A stretch of 64,000 nt of DNA from Oscillospiraceae bacterium (GCA_015064785.1 SVRM01000002.1:1618-65617); one strand, 5' to 3'; counted from the first letter of the stretch, positions 1 to 10,028 are shown. Numbers and translations: made by a program. The notes: a model not told the origin generated them from the sequence alone.

Positions 1-573
1 TTTCTGATCGGCGCGTTTACGTTCGGCGGCGGCTATGCGATGCTTCCGCTGATTCAGGCTGAGGTCGAGCGGAAGGGCTGGCTGCCCTCCGAGCAGATTG
101 TCAACTTCATTGCCGTCAGCGAATCCACTCCGGGTCCCTTTGCCATCAACATTGCCACCTATGTCGGCAATCAGATGGGTATGAAGGAATTTGGCTCCGT
201 GTTCGCCGGCATCATTGGTGCTGTCTGTGCTACGCTCGGCGTAGTTCTGCCGTCGTTTATCATCATTCTGATCGTCGCCAAGTGTTATGAAGCCTTCAAA
301 TCTTCCACTGCGGTCAAGGGTGCCATGTCCGGTTTGAAGCCTGCCGCCATCGGTCTGATCGGCGCGGCAGTGTACAACATCGGTACAACGGTCTTCTTCC
401 CGAACGACTTTACCACAAATGTTTTTACGGGTGCCCCGTTCTATATCTCCCTTGCCCTGTTTGCCGTCATGGCATTTCTGACGTTCAAAATCAAGCTCCA
501 CCCGATCATCATCATCTGCATTTCCGCAGTGGTTGGTATTGCGGCAGGATTCCTGCTTGAATTGCCGGTATAA
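1..573 (+). CDS. chromate transporter (CHR/ChrA family), 5' end cut by window edge
   Basis: Frame open from nt 1 (FLIGAFTFGGGYAMLPLIQAEV...). Has the CHR-family GGGYAM-P motif and multiple hydrophobic helices. Stop at 571-573. Confidence 0.8.
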   Translation, partial: FLIGAFTFGGGYAMLPLIQAEVERKGWLPSEQIVNFIAVSESTPGPFAINIATYVGNQMGMKEFGSVFAGIIGAVCATLGVVLPSFIIILIVAKCYEAFKSSTAVKGAMSGLKPAAIGLIGAAVYNIGTTVFFPNDFTTNVFTGAPFYISLALFAVMAFLTFKIKLHPIIIICISAVVGIAAGFLLELPV

Positions 574-589
574 AAGAAAACCAAGCAAA

Positions 590-638
590 AAAGCTGTTGT
601 CAGAGGTTATTGAGCCTCATGGCAGCAGCTTTCTTTTC
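590..638. terminator. hairpin terminator between convergent genes
   Basis: AAAGCTGTTGTCA (590-602) pairs with TGGCAGCAGCTTT (620-632) using 2 G-U wobbles, followed by CTTTTC. Confidence 0.45.
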
Positions 639-654
639 ATTTCAGGGAAACAGA

Positions 655-1686
655 TCAGTTCCAGTAAAACATATAGCGTTCCAATGCATCCATCAGCGCA
701 CGGATATTGGCAATCGGCGTTCCGGGATACCATCCGTAGATCATCATCAAACCACCATCGGGTGTCGACAGCTTTTCCACTTCCTCGCGGATCAGCGCAT
801 CGATGTCCGCTGTTGTACCGAAGACTGTGATTTTCTGTCGGTCGATGTCAAGTTCAATGCACTTTTTGCCGGCATATCGGTCACGGATCCAGTCAATGCC
901 GTTGACCAGATCCTGCAAATTCAGAATGTCAACGCCGCCGTCGATCAGATCGTCTGCGAGTGTGCGGATGTCGCCGTCGGAATGCATGTGAATGATCGCA
1001 CCGCTGTCTCGCGCCGGCTTCATCAGACGCTGATAGGACGGCTTGATATACTGTCGGAACAGATCGGGAGAGATCATCGGACCGACCTGCATACCGAGAT
1101 CTTCTGGGAATGAGAGCATATCGTACCCGCATTTGCTCCAGTGCTGAACGAACGCCATGTTGTATTCCTCGAGCTTTGCAATCAGAGAAATCAGATTTTC
1201 ATCCTCGTCTGCCATTGCAAGCAGCGTATTGGTATAACCGCACAGGTCCGTCAGCCGCAGGAAGGTGTGTCCGTGCTCCAGTCCCGCTTTCACAAAATGT
1301 CCCTGCTCCTTCAGTGCCGTAACATGCGCACGCTCGGATTTGGCATCAAAGAGCGGATGTGCCGGGAAACGATAATCGGCGACCTTGGAAAGATCGGCAA
1401 GCGGATGTTCTGTGACCGCGCCGCGGATGCCGTCAATGATACCGCGCCACCGGACACCGAATGCATCGTAAAACTCCGTGATCTGTTCCTCTGCCGCACG
1501 TTTTGCAGATACCAGATCCCAGCGCATACGGTTCGCGCCGGCAATGATCTGGTGAGATGCAAGCACATCCTCTACCTCATGCGGATCGTAGTTATAAAAG
1601 ACAGCCTCCGTCACATGGAACGCAACCGGAATGTGATCGGGATGCTCAAATCGGATGGTACGCAGCGTATTCTCGCGGTTTGTCAT
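655..1686 (-). CDS. uroporphyrinogen decarboxylase (URO-D) family protein, MtaA-like methyltransferase fold
   Basis: ORF 655-1761. Start placed at ATG 1686 (MTNRENTL...) behind a GGAGG RBS. URO-D-like C-terminal half (HMHSDGD..., DILNLQD). Confidence 0.75.
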   Translation of the reverse strand: MTNRENTLRTIRFEHPDHIPVAFHVTEAVFYNYDPHEVEDVLASHQIIAGANRMRWDLVSAKRAAEEQITEFYDAFGVRWRGIIDGIRGAVTEHPLADLSKVADYRFPAHPLFDAKSERAHVTALKEQGHFVKAGLEHGHTFLRLTDLCGYTNTLLAMADEDENLISLIAKLEEYNMAFVQHWSKCGYDMLSFPEDLGMQVGPMISPDLFRQYIKPSYQRLMKPARDSGAIIHMHSDGDIRTLADDLIDGGVDILNLQDLVNGIDWIRDRYAGKKCIELDIDRQKITVFGTTADIDALIREEVEKLSTPDGGLMMIYGWYPGTPIANIRALMDALERYMFYWN

Positions 1687-1780
1687 GTCTGCCTCCAAAT
1701 TTTGTTTTTTGTTGTTTCTATTGTACCATACTCCGCTAAAAAATGCAAGCGAAATAATCACATTTTCTCTGCGATACCTC

Positions 1781-1809
1781 TTGACAAACCATACTATGTG
1801 TTGTATAAT
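1781..1809 (+). promoter_or_regulatory. sigma-A type promoter for the padR operon
   Basis: TTGACA (1781-1786), 17-nt spacer, TATAAT (1804-1809). Confidence 0.55.
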
Positions 1810-1946
1810 ATAACATGAAAGAAGGTATAGCGTGAAAAAACTCTTTCACGCAGGTTTTGTGTCTTTTGTTGTCTTTGGACAACGTTTTTGTCCGCGATCA
1901 GATCGCGTGCAAAATCACCCTCATAATTCCAGAAAGGTAGGATTCT

Positions 1947-2267
1947 ATGGACATTCAACTCAAACGCGGTCTGCTTGATATCTGCGTGCTTGCCGCGATC
2001 AAAAACAAGGATTCCTACGGCTATGCCATCGTCCGTGAAATCAGCCGCTTTGTCGCAATTTCCGAGTCGACCTTATACCCGATTCTGCGTCGGCTGGAGG
2101 CGGCGGACTGTCTGACTGTCTATTCCGTGGAGCACAACGGTCGATTGCGCAAATACTATCACATCACCGATGCCGGACGCGCACGGCTTGACGCATTTGC
2201 CGAGGAATGGAAGGAAATCATGGCGATCTATCACTTTGTAACACAGGAGGCGACCGATGATGAATAA
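1947..2267 (+). CDS. PadR family transcriptional regulator
   Basis: Winged-helix PadR signature (DSYGYAIVREI...STLYPILRRLE...YYHITDAGR); RBS AAAGGTAGG. Confidence 0.9.
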   Translation: MDIQLKRGLLDICVLAAIKNKDSYGYAIVREISRFVAISESTLYPILRRLEAADCLTVYSVEHNGRLRKYYHITDAGRARLDAFAEEWKEIMAIYHFVTQEATDDE

Positions 2268-2937
2268 ACAACAGTTTTTAGCCGCGGTCAGGCTCAACGC
2301 CGCATCTGTTCCGCCCGAGGAGCTTACCGCCCTGCTCGACTACTATACCGAAATGATCGATGAAGCGATGGACGAGGGCTGTACAGAAGAAGAAGCCGTC
2401 GCGCGGGTCGGCAGCTGGGACGAAATCCGAGAGCAGATTCATACCTTCCGCGCAGAACCGAATCCCGTACCGATCATACAGCCACAACCGTCATTCCATA
2501 ACACACAGTCCGAAACGAACACAGCAGCACCTGCAAGTGAACCCGCAAAAGTTAAACGGTGGAAGAACATTTCCCTGCCGACATGGGCAGTCGTTCTGCT
2601 CATTCTGACCTCACCTGTCTGGGGGACGGTTGTGCTTACCCTGCTGATTGTCCTGTTTGCAGTGGTTTTCTCGCTTGTCGTCATCGGTGGTGCGCTGGTA
2701 ATTTCGCTTTTTGCCGTTGTTATTGCACTGGCGGCAGTCGGTGTTGTCGGGATTGGGGCTGGAGTTGTACTGCTTGCAACGAGCGGAATCGCACCGTTTC
2801 TGCTTACGCTTGGCGGAGGGCTTGTCTGTGTGGGACTTGCCATTCTCGGCGGATTGCTGCTTGCTCCGTTCGCTGTCTTTTTTGTATCCACTGTAAAATT
2901 GGTATTTCGCGGCATTGCCGGATTCTTCCGTACATGA
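2257..2937 (+). CDS. DUF1700-type membrane protein
   Basis: N-terminal FLAAVR...LPPEELTALLDYYTEMIDEAMDEG helix typical of DUF1700, plus a Gly/Ala/Val-rich multi-TM C-terminus. Start overlaps the padR stop. Confidence 0.7.
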   Translation: MMNKQQFLAAVRLNAASVPPEELTALLDYYTEMIDEAMDEGCTEEEAVARVGSWDEIREQIHTFRAEPNPVPIIQPQPSFHNTQSETNTAAPASEPAKVKRWKNISLPTWAVVLLILTSPVWGTVVLTLLIVLFAVVFSLVVIGGALVISLFAVVIALAAVGVVGIGAGVVLLATSGIAPFLLTLGGGLVCVGLAILGGLLLAPFAVFFVSTVKLVFRGIAGFFRT

Positions 2938-2952
2938 GAAAGGAGCGTAGTT

Positions 2953-3909
2953 ATGGTAAAGTCAAAAAAACCGTGGGTTTTTGCCGCATTGCTGTTTCTT
3001 GCAATCGGTGTGATTCTGATTACAGTTGCATTTTATTCGGTCGGATTTCATGTAAGCGGCTTCAATACGGTAAACTATGAACCGGAACTGACACCGCTTG
3101 ACCGTCCGTATGATAAGATCATCATTGATGGAGCATCGTGCGATGTCATCATTATGACACCTCAAACCCGTTCTGCATTTCCGGAGTATCAGGATCTGGA
3201 GATCACCTCGCCGTGTGTGTTATCGTATAACGATGGAAATTCGATTTTTACGGAATGTGGTTACCGTGATCGTGTCCTGTATATTACCCGCCGCGATTTG
3301 CGTCCGTGGTATGAGAGAATCGGTTATGATTTTCGTACAGAATCGGAACAGATTGTGCTGTTTTTGGATGATATGCATTTTGATGCGCTGGAAGTGCAGT
3401 CAGCTTCCGGAAATATCTGGCTGTATTCAGCGGCGGAAATCAAGCAGGTACAGTTTGAGAGCACATCCGGTGAGCTTTTCGCAAAAGATCTGACAAGCGA
3501 TTCGCTGACCATGAAAACAACAAGCGGAAATGTTTGCGTCTGGACAAGCAATTCGGAACATATCCTTCTGCAGACCACCTCCGGTGATGTTATGCTTGAT
3601 CATGTACATACCGGTGATACCTTTCATGCAATGACGGTAAGCGGTGAAATATCCGCTGCTGCCATTACCTCTCAAAACACCCTCACATTGGAAACTACAT
3701 CCGGTGACATTTCATTTACGGGGCTTGATGCAGCGAACGGACCGGTCTTTGAAACAACCTCCGGTGATATCGAAGGTTCCCTCTCCACAGGGAAGCGATT
3801 CAGCGTGAAATGTATCAGCGGTGATGTTGAAGTCCCCGCTGATGTCCCCCATGCTCCTCTGTGTGTGATTCAATCGACTTCCGGCGACATCGAAATCACA
3901 ATCGAATAA
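2953..3909 (+). CDS. DUF4097 (putative adhesin / LiaG-like beta-helix) protein with N-terminal TM anchor
   Basis: Repeated (T)TSG(D/N)(I/V) strand motifs (at least 8 copies), N-terminal TM helix, RBS AAAGGAG. Confidence 0.75.
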   Translation: MVKSKKPWVFAALLFLAIGVILITVAFYSVGFHVSGFNTVNYEPELTPLDRPYDKIIIDGASCDVIIMTPQTRSAFPEYQDLEITSPCVLSYNDGNSIFTECGYRDRVLYITRRDLRPWYERIGYDFRTESEQIVLFLDDMHFDALEVQSASGNIWLYSAAEIKQVQFESTSGELFAKDLTSDSLTMKTTSGNVCVWTSNSEHILLQTTSGDVMLDHVHTGDTFHAMTVSGEISAAAITSQNTLTLETTSGDISFTGLDAANGPVFETTSGDIEGSLSTGKRFSVKCISGDVEVPADVPHAPLCVIQSTSGDIEITIE

Positions 3910-3915
3910 AAATCC

Positions 3916-3952
3916 GGGCAGTGATCCATGATAGACCACTGCCCTTGCTTTA
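3916..3952. terminator. hairpin between convergent genes
   Basis: GGGCAGTG (3916-3923) pairs with CACTGCCC (3937-3944), then TTGCTTT. Confidence 0.4.
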
Positions 3953-3965
3953 TGCAATTTTGAAA

Positions 3966-5732
3966 TCAGAACAGTTCCTGTTCCTCGCCTGTCCAGTGTT
4001 CAAAATATTCAACACCGCGCCACTTGCCCTCAATAAAGGCTCTGTGCGATGTTTCAATGTTTGCCCACTCGTCAAGACGGGAGAGATTGTATGCACGCCA
4101 GTCGGAGAAGAACTGGTTGATGACCTCGGGATCGTACTCACCGCGCAGCATCGATGCACGCTTGATGCGAACATAGCGGATCGACAGACGGTTCTTCTCG
4201 ACGCGCCACAGACGCAGCGGATCGCCGCGGACGGCTTCTGCTGCACGGTCAAACAGCGCATCGTACTGATCGAGCAGTTCCTCGCGGAGAAAGCCGTGCA
4301 CAGGATTGTCGTTGAAGCCGACATGAATGTTTTCCTTGTCTGCTGTGTCGCAGAGAAGATCGAGGTACTGCGCAAGATACGGTGCGGCATCCCCGTAGAA
4401 ATATTCCATGAATTCGCGCTTGTGACGCTCGATGTCACACCACGGATCCCAAAGGAGCCTGGAGATCAGATACAGACGCAGCTCGTTGAAGTCAACGCCG
4501 CCGCGCGATGCACCGTTCGCCTGCTCGAAAATACCGCGGACATTGTTGTTGACCATTGCCTGTACATTCGGCTGCAGCACACGCCAGTTCGGATGCGGCG
4601 TCGGATAGTGCGCAAAGCAGGTCGTGTAGTCCCAGATGTACATACGGTCGCAGACCTTGCCCCAGTCGCGCAGGTCGGTGATGAAGTTCGCCTTGGTGCC
4701 GTCGGGACGGGTGACATTGCGGGATTCGTCGTCACACGTTTCAAACGGATGTGCAAAGCACGCTTCGATAGAGCAGAGACGGACGCAGACGTTCTTGCGG
4801 TTATGGGTGATCTTGGATGCGGGACGGGAATAATTGTAAGCGAGCGTGTCAAAAATTACATCCGGGAACTCGTCTTCCAGCGTCTCGGCAATCCGGTTGA
4901 CAAAGCGCAGAAGCGTACCCGCCGGAGAGCCTTCCTCGCGGTCGACCGCCAGACAGTTCTCACACTGACAGTTGCCGTGCCAGTCGTTCTGGGAAATGGA
5001 GATGATACGTGCATCGGGACGTTCCGTAAGTGCTTTGCGTACCGCTTTCACACAGACCTCATAGACCTCGGGATTGGTCAGACACAGCTGTGTTCTGCCG
5101 CCGTCGCGGACAACACGCTTACCATCGATCAGAGAATAATACTCGGGATGCGTTTCCCCGTAGACAGACGGCGGAACCATCGTTTCAAACGTATGGACAT
5201 ACCATGCATACGGCATATAACCACCCATACGCGCCGGAATACGGTGGTGTGCACCGTTGAAGCGGCAGCGAACAGCAAAGCGCGGATTCTGTACCGCATC
5301 GGCATAGTTGTGCTCGCGGTATTCGATGCGCGGAACCTGCCGGACGTCATATTCGCCGATGCAAAGATCTGGAATCGTCGGAATCTTTTCGCAGTTGTGC
5401 GTAAAGAAGCGGCATCCGAGCGATTCGAGGAATTCATAAACACCGTAGATGACACCGCGGTTTCCGCCTGCGATGCACAGACGGTCACCGTCCGTGACGA
5501 TACGGAATCCGTCCTCGCCAAGATCGGAGACATCAATGCCTGCGATATCGCCGACGTAAATACCGGACTTCGGCTCTCCGGCTTCCTCAATCTGAATGGA
5601 TGCGGAGGTCATTCGGTCAAGGTAGTAACGAAGCTCCTTTGCCGCATACAGTGCGGTGCTGTTTTTGTCGGAAAGCTGTTTTCCTGACAGATAAATGGAC
5701 ACAAGTGCTTTTCTGTTTTCTGTAAGTTTCAT
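3966..5732 (-). CDS. DUF4838 domain protein (GH20-like glycan-active fold)
   Basis: Start at ATG 5732 (MKLTENRK...) behind AAAGGAG. The GVIYGVYEFLESLGCRFF motif is typical of DUF4838. No signal peptide. Confidence 0.65.
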   Translation of the reverse strand: MKLTENRKALVSIYLSGKQLSDKNSTALYAAKELRYYLDRMTSASIQIEEAGEPKSGIYVGDIAGIDVSDLGEDGFRIVTDGDRLCIAGGNRGVIYGVYEFLESLGCRFFTHNCEKIPTIPDLCIGEYDVRQVPRIEYREHNYADAVQNPRFAVRCRFNGAHHRIPARMGGYMPYAWYVHTFETMVPPSVYGETHPEYYSLIDGKRVVRDGGRTQLCLTNPEVYEVCVKAVRKALTERPDARIISISQNDWHGNCQCENCLAVDREEGSPAGTLLRFVNRIAETLEDEFPDVIFDTLAYNYSRPASKITHNRKNVCVRLCSIEACFAHPFETCDDESRNVTRPDGTKANFITDLRDWGKVCDRMYIWDYTTCFAHYPTPHPNWRVLQPNVQAMVNNNVRGIFEQANGASRGGVDFNELRLYLISRLLWDPWCDIERHKREFMEYFYGDAAPYLAQYLDLLCDTADKENIHVGFNDNPVHGFLREELLDQYDALFDRAAEAVRGDPLRLWRVEKNRLSIRYVRIKRASMLRGEYDPEVINQFFSDWRAYNLSRLDEWANIETSHRAFIEGKWRGVEYFEHWTGEEQELF

Positions 5733-5748
5733 GTGTACTCCTTTCGGA

Positions 5749-6045
5749 TCAAATCTGATCTGCATTCTGAATGGATTGTGAATACGCATTAAACCATTTT
5801 ATAAAACGGTTTTTGTTGAAAATCAAAAATTTGTAGGATTCCCCGTTTTTCATATGAACGGCGGCAATCGGAAATACGATCTGTTTCCATGTAATTTCGT
5901 CGATTTGCAGCAGCGGCAAAACCAAATTTCTGTATTTTTTATCAACGGTCAGCTTATTTGTCTTATACGTAAGTGATTGATGGTCGAGGAACAAACCTCC
6001 GCCGAGTAAACCCCGATGGCAAAAGCTGCAAGCAAACGTTTTCAT
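5749..6045 (-). CDS. small PH/GRAM-like domain protein (hypothetical)
   Basis: 98 aa with AGGAGG RBS. GGGLFLDHQSLTY...KQIVFPIAAVHMKNGESYKFLIF resembles bacterial PH-like domains. Visibly more AT-rich than its neighbours. Confidence 0.5.
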   Translation of the reverse strand: MKTFACSFCHRGLLGGGLFLDHQSLTYKTNKLTVDKKYRNLVLPLLQIDEITWKQIVFPIAAVHMKNGESYKFLIFNKNRFIKWFNAYSQSIQNADQI

Positions 6046-6066
6046 GGAATGATTCCTCCTGCAAAA

Positions 6067-8058
6067 TTACGGTTTCAGAACGATCTTGGCAATGTTGACA
6101 TAGTACAGCGCCTGATTGTCCTTAACCGAGAAAACAAAGCGCAGCTGTGAGATACGACCGTCCGGCAGGTTTGTCAGGTCTGCTGTGTATCGCTGGAAGG
6201 TATACGGCGCACCTTCGGATTCCGTGATCGGACGCTGAACGGTGGTCTGCACCCCATTTTCCATGGCGTAAACAAATTCAAGATACCCTGTCACCTTGCC
6301 TCTGTGATAAAGATCAAGCTCGATTGCGGAATACTTCTGCATATTCAGCTTATGATATTCGGTTGCACTGACATATGCACCGATCGGATTGCGATTGCCG
6401 GAAATACGGATGGAATGTGCGTATCCCTCTGTGATCTCGACAAAAGCATTGTCCTGACAGACCTCGGATTCCGGCAGAGCCTTCCAGATCGGGAAGTAAT
6501 AGACCTCCAGCGGCACCTGTGACGGATTCATGCGCGTTTCCCAGACGCTGACAAGATCGGGATTGGTAAACGGCATCGATTCCAGGCGGATCAGTTCACG
6601 GCTCTGTATATCCGTTGCAAACGGAGCGACAGGATATTCCCCAGCCCACAGATTCGCACCGCAGGCAAACGAGGAAATGTCATACGCCGCATGGACAGGC
6701 TGTTCCAGATACGGATGCCAGACCGCCATCGTATCGGCAGAGAGAATTTCACATTCTGCCGGCAGATACAGCTTGTCTTCACCAGCAATATACAGTCCGT
6801 CGACGTGACCGTCTCTGACATACAGGCCACATCCGACATCGGCGAATTTCAGAATCATGCGCTTTCCCGAGATCTCATATGAATCCAGCGTTGCCGGTGC
6901 GCGCTGACCGGTCTGACCGTAGACATTGGCAAGTGCGAGCTTTGCCATACGGGAGCCGAGGCGGTATTTATGCGCCGGATGAATCGGGTGATTGTCGAGA
7001 TTGGCAGCCCAGACCGGCGGAAGATCGTCAACCGGACAGATGATGAACTTGTCGGGAGATTCCTTTGCTGTCTCGACAAATGCTTCGTTGACATAGGCAC
7101 GCATACATTCACCGTCGTTTCCGTAAACCCACGGGTAGATCAGCGAGGAGATCATCGGGAAAGATGCAGGATCAGCGGCAAACAGTTCCGTGTAATGACG
7201 GTGGAATACGCGGAGCGCGTTTGCATAAATGCGGTGCGACCACTCCACACCGACCTCGTTTTCGCCCTGATACCAGATGACGCCGCGTGCTTTCAGACCG
7301 CGAATCGGTGCGATTTTGCGGTTATACATTGCCGCTGGTTGCTGGAAGTTTCCGCCGCCGTAGGTATTCCACTTCTCCTCGAGCGGATATCTGCCCTGCT
7401 CTTCCATAAATGCATGGCTGATTTCATCGGCGTCGAGCACATCGAGCGGGATCCAGCCATTGATCGGCGTACCGCCCCACGAAACGTTCAGATAACCGAC
7501 GGGAACGTTTTTGCCAAGTGCCCTGAATTTCTTCGCAAGATCATAGACAAACGCCGTTGCGCAGGCAGAAACGCCGCCCCAGTTGCATTTGCCGTCTGCG
7601 ACCAGCCAGGAGCCGGGCGTATCGTCTTCCGGTGTGATCGAGAATTTCTCCTGATCGGCACCGTCCTTATGGTAGGCAATCGAGTAGACACGAATACCGG
7701 TACCGATGATGTCATTTGCCATTTTGTAATATTCCGGTTGATGCCAGTTTCCCATTTCCATGTTCGACTGACCGGAAGCAATCCAAAGCTCACCGAACTG
7801 AATATCAGAGAGGGTGACAGACTCCGTGCCGGCGGTGACTTTGATCTCATAAACGTCAAACGAGCCTGCGGGTGTGTCGAGCGTCAGCGCAAAGGTACCG
7901 TCTGCGTCGGCATCAGCCTGACCGTGAGCGACACTCCTCTCACAAGCGAGAATGTCCGCCTCAAGGACAGCACCAGGATCTGTGATACCACGCAGAGTCA
8001 GCGTTGATGCACACTGAAACAGCGCATGATCGGAAAAAACGGGATATAATTGCAGCAT
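6067..8058 (-). CDS. sialate O-acetylesterase family (SGNH-type carbohydrate esterase)
   Basis: WIASGQSNMEMGN catalytic-Ser block and WYQGENE block; 663 aa; RBS AAGGAGGAT. Confidence 0.8.
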   Translation of the reverse strand: MLQLYPVFSDHALFQCASTLTLRGITDPGAVLEADILACERSVAHGQADADADGTFALTLDTPAGSFDVYEIKVTAGTESVTLSDIQFGELWIASGQSNMEMGNWHQPEYYKMANDIIGTGIRVYSIAYHKDGADQEKFSITPEDDTPGSWLVADGKCNWGGVSACATAFVYDLAKKFRALGKNVPVGYLNVSWGGTPINGWIPLDVLDADEISHAFMEEQGRYPLEEKWNTYGGGNFQQPAAMYNRKIAPIRGLKARGVIWYQGENEVGVEWSHRIYANALRVFHRHYTELFAADPASFPMISSLIYPWVYGNDGECMRAYVNEAFVETAKESPDKFIICPVDDLPPVWAANLDNHPIHPAHKYRLGSRMAKLALANVYGQTGQRAPATLDSYEISGKRMILKFADVGCGLYVRDGHVDGLYIAGEDKLYLPAECEILSADTMAVWHPYLEQPVHAAYDISSFACGANLWAGEYPVAPFATDIQSRELIRLESMPFTNPDLVSVWETRMNPSQVPLEVYYFPIWKALPESEVCQDNAFVEITEGYAHSIRISGNRNPIGAYVSATEYHKLNMQKYSAIELDLYHRGKVTGYLEFVYAMENGVQTTVQRPITESEGAPYTFQRYTADLTNLPDGRISQLRFVFSVKDNQALYYVNIAKIVLKP

Positions 8059-8161
8059 ATGGTTATCCTCCTTGTTGTAGCAATTTCATTGATTTCATTA
8101 TACAGCATGACAGCAAAAAACGCAAGAGTTTTCTGATTTTTTACGCTCTATTTTTTCAAGG

Positions 8162-8190
8162 TTGACTTTTATGCTGAAATCTGTTATAAT
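8162..8190 (+). promoter_or_regulatory. sigma-A type promoter for pepF
   Basis: TTGACT (8162-8167), 17-nt spacer, TATAAT (8185-8190). Confidence 0.5.
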
Positions 8191-8224
8191 AATAGATAGA
8201 TTTTTCAAGGAGGTATTTCTCATT

Positions 8225-10012
8225 ATGGAATACAAAGCAAGAGCCGATATGGACCCGCGTTACCAGTGGGACATGTCACACATTTACGCAAACCGTGCTG
8301 CTTGGGAAGCAGCATATACCGAAGCAGAAGCGCTTGTCGCTGAGCTTCCGGCATTGGAAGGCACGCTCGGAGCATCGGTCGAATCGCTGAAGAACGGACT
8401 GGATAAGCTGTATGCGGCAGCGCAGGCTGTAGAGCTCGTTTATGCATATGCATCTCTTTGCAAGTCCGGTGACAACGGCGATCCGGACAATCAGAACATG
8501 GAAGGAAAAGCCGTCAATCTGTATGTTGCATTCTCCACCGCAGTTTCGTTCTTCGATCCCGAAGTGCTTTCTATCGACGAAGAAACACTGAACGGTTATA
8601 TGGCAGACCCGGCACTGTCCGGCTACCGTCATATTCTTGAGGACACCGCACGCGGCCGCGCACATACGCTGGATGCCAAGGGAGAACGGATGCTTGCCAT
8701 GCTCGGCGACGCGGCGCAGGCTTCCTCCAACACGTTCGATATGTTCGAGTCGGTCGACATGACCTTCCCGACCATCCAGGGTGAAAACGGCGAAAACATT
8801 CAGCTGACGCACGGAAATTTTGCGGTATTCCGTGAATCCAAGGACGCACGTGTCCGCCGTGAGTCCTTTGAAGCATACTTCGGCGAATTCAAGAAGTTTA
8901 TCAACACACTGGCTGCAATGTACGCAGGCTCTGTCAAGATGGATACCTACTTCTCTGATGTTCGCGGCTACAACAGCGCATGTGAGCGCGCCCTGTTCTC
9001 CAACAATGTACCTGTCTCCGTATACGATTCTCTCATCGATGCCATTCATGAGGGACTTCCGACAATGAAGCGTTACCTCGCACTGCGCAAGAAGGTGCTT
9101 GGTCTTGAAACACTCAACATGTATGACCTGTATGTACCGATGATCGACGATGTTGATTTCACTGTTACCTATGACCAGGCAAAGGATCTTGTCAAAGCTG
9201 CCGCTGCACCGCTCGGACAGCGGTACGCCGAGCTTCTCGATGAAGCGTACAACAATCACTGGATGGATGTTTACGAAAACAAGGGTAAGACGACCGGCGC
9301 GTTCTCCAGCGGCGTCTACGGTGTGCATCCGTTTGTTCTGCTCAACTATACCGATACGCTGGATGATGCCTACACCATGGCGCATGAGCTCGGTCACGCA
9401 ATGCACTCCTATTTCTCCTCTGAGGCCAACGACTATGCAAATCACGACTACCGCATTATGGTAGCCGAAGTTGCATCCACCGTCAATGAAGTCCTGCTCT
9501 CCAAGCATCTGCTTGCGACTGAAACCGATAAGAAGAAGCGCGCATATATTCTCAACCATCTTCTCGAAGGTTTCCGCACGACTGTCTTCCGTCAGACGCT
9601 GTTCGCTGAATTTGAACGCAAGGTTCACGATATGTACAAGCAGGGTGTGCCGCTGACCGCCGAAACGATGAACCGCGTCTACCGCGAGCTGAATGAGCTC
9701 TATTACGACGGCGCGTATGTCAATGAGCTTCAGGATATCGAATGGGCACGGATTCCGCACTTCTACCGCGCGTTCTATGTCTATCAGTATGCAACCGGCT
9801 TCTGTTCTGCCGTTGCCATTGCCAACCACATTCTGAACACCGGCGACGCATCCGGTTATCTGAAGTTCCTTTCCACCGGCGGTTCCGATTATCCGATCGA
9901 AGAACTGAAGATTGCTGGTGTTGACCTGACAAAGCCCGACACCGTCAAAAATGCGCTGTCTGTCTTTGCCGATACGCTGGACGAACTCGAAGCACTGCTG
10001 GAAGAAATTTGA
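8225..10012 (+). CDS. pepF: oligoendopeptidase F (M3B metallopeptidase)
   Basis: HELGH zinc motif (MAHELGHAMH) and M3B-wide similarity. ATG 8225 behind AAGGAGG. Confidence 0.9.
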   Translation: MEYKARADMDPRYQWDMSHIYANRAAWEAAYTEAEALVAELPALEGTLGASVESLKNGLDKLYAAAQAVELVYAYASLCKSGDNGDPDNQNMEGKAVNLYVAFSTAVSFFDPEVLSIDEETLNGYMADPALSGYRHILEDTARGRAHTLDAKGERMLAMLGDAAQASSNTFDMFESVDMTFPTIQGENGENIQLTHGNFAVFRESKDARVRRESFEAYFGEFKKFINTLAAMYAGSVKMDTYFSDVRGYNSACERALFSNNVPVSVYDSLIDAIHEGLPTMKRYLALRKKVLGLETLNMYDLYVPMIDDVDFTVTYDQAKDLVKAAAAPLGQRYAELLDEAYNNHWMDVYENKGKTTGAFSSGVYGVHPFVLLNYTDTLDDAYTMAHELGHAMHSYFSSEANDYANHDYRIMVAEVASTVNEVLLSKHLLATETDKKKRAYILNHLLEGFRTTVFRQTLFAEFERKVHDMYKQGVPLTAETMNRVYRELNELYYDGAYVNELQDIEWARIPHFYRAFYVYQYATGFCSAVAIANHILNTGDASGYLKFLSTGGSDYPIEELKIAGVDLTKPDTVKNALSVFADTLDELEALLEEI

Positions 10013-10028
10013 ATCACCGCATAAAAAT

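Noticed and set aside
3861-5687. 608-aa plus-strand ORF
   Set aside because: It lies fully antisense to the DUF4838 gene, which has recognisable motifs, an RBS and a terminator. The product is low-complexity and Arg/Val/Ala-rich, with no RBS. It is a shadow ORF of the kind typical in GC-rich coding DNA.
8276-9829. 517-aa minus-strand ORF
   Set aside because: It is antisense to pepF (HELGH metallopeptidase), so it is a shadow ORF.
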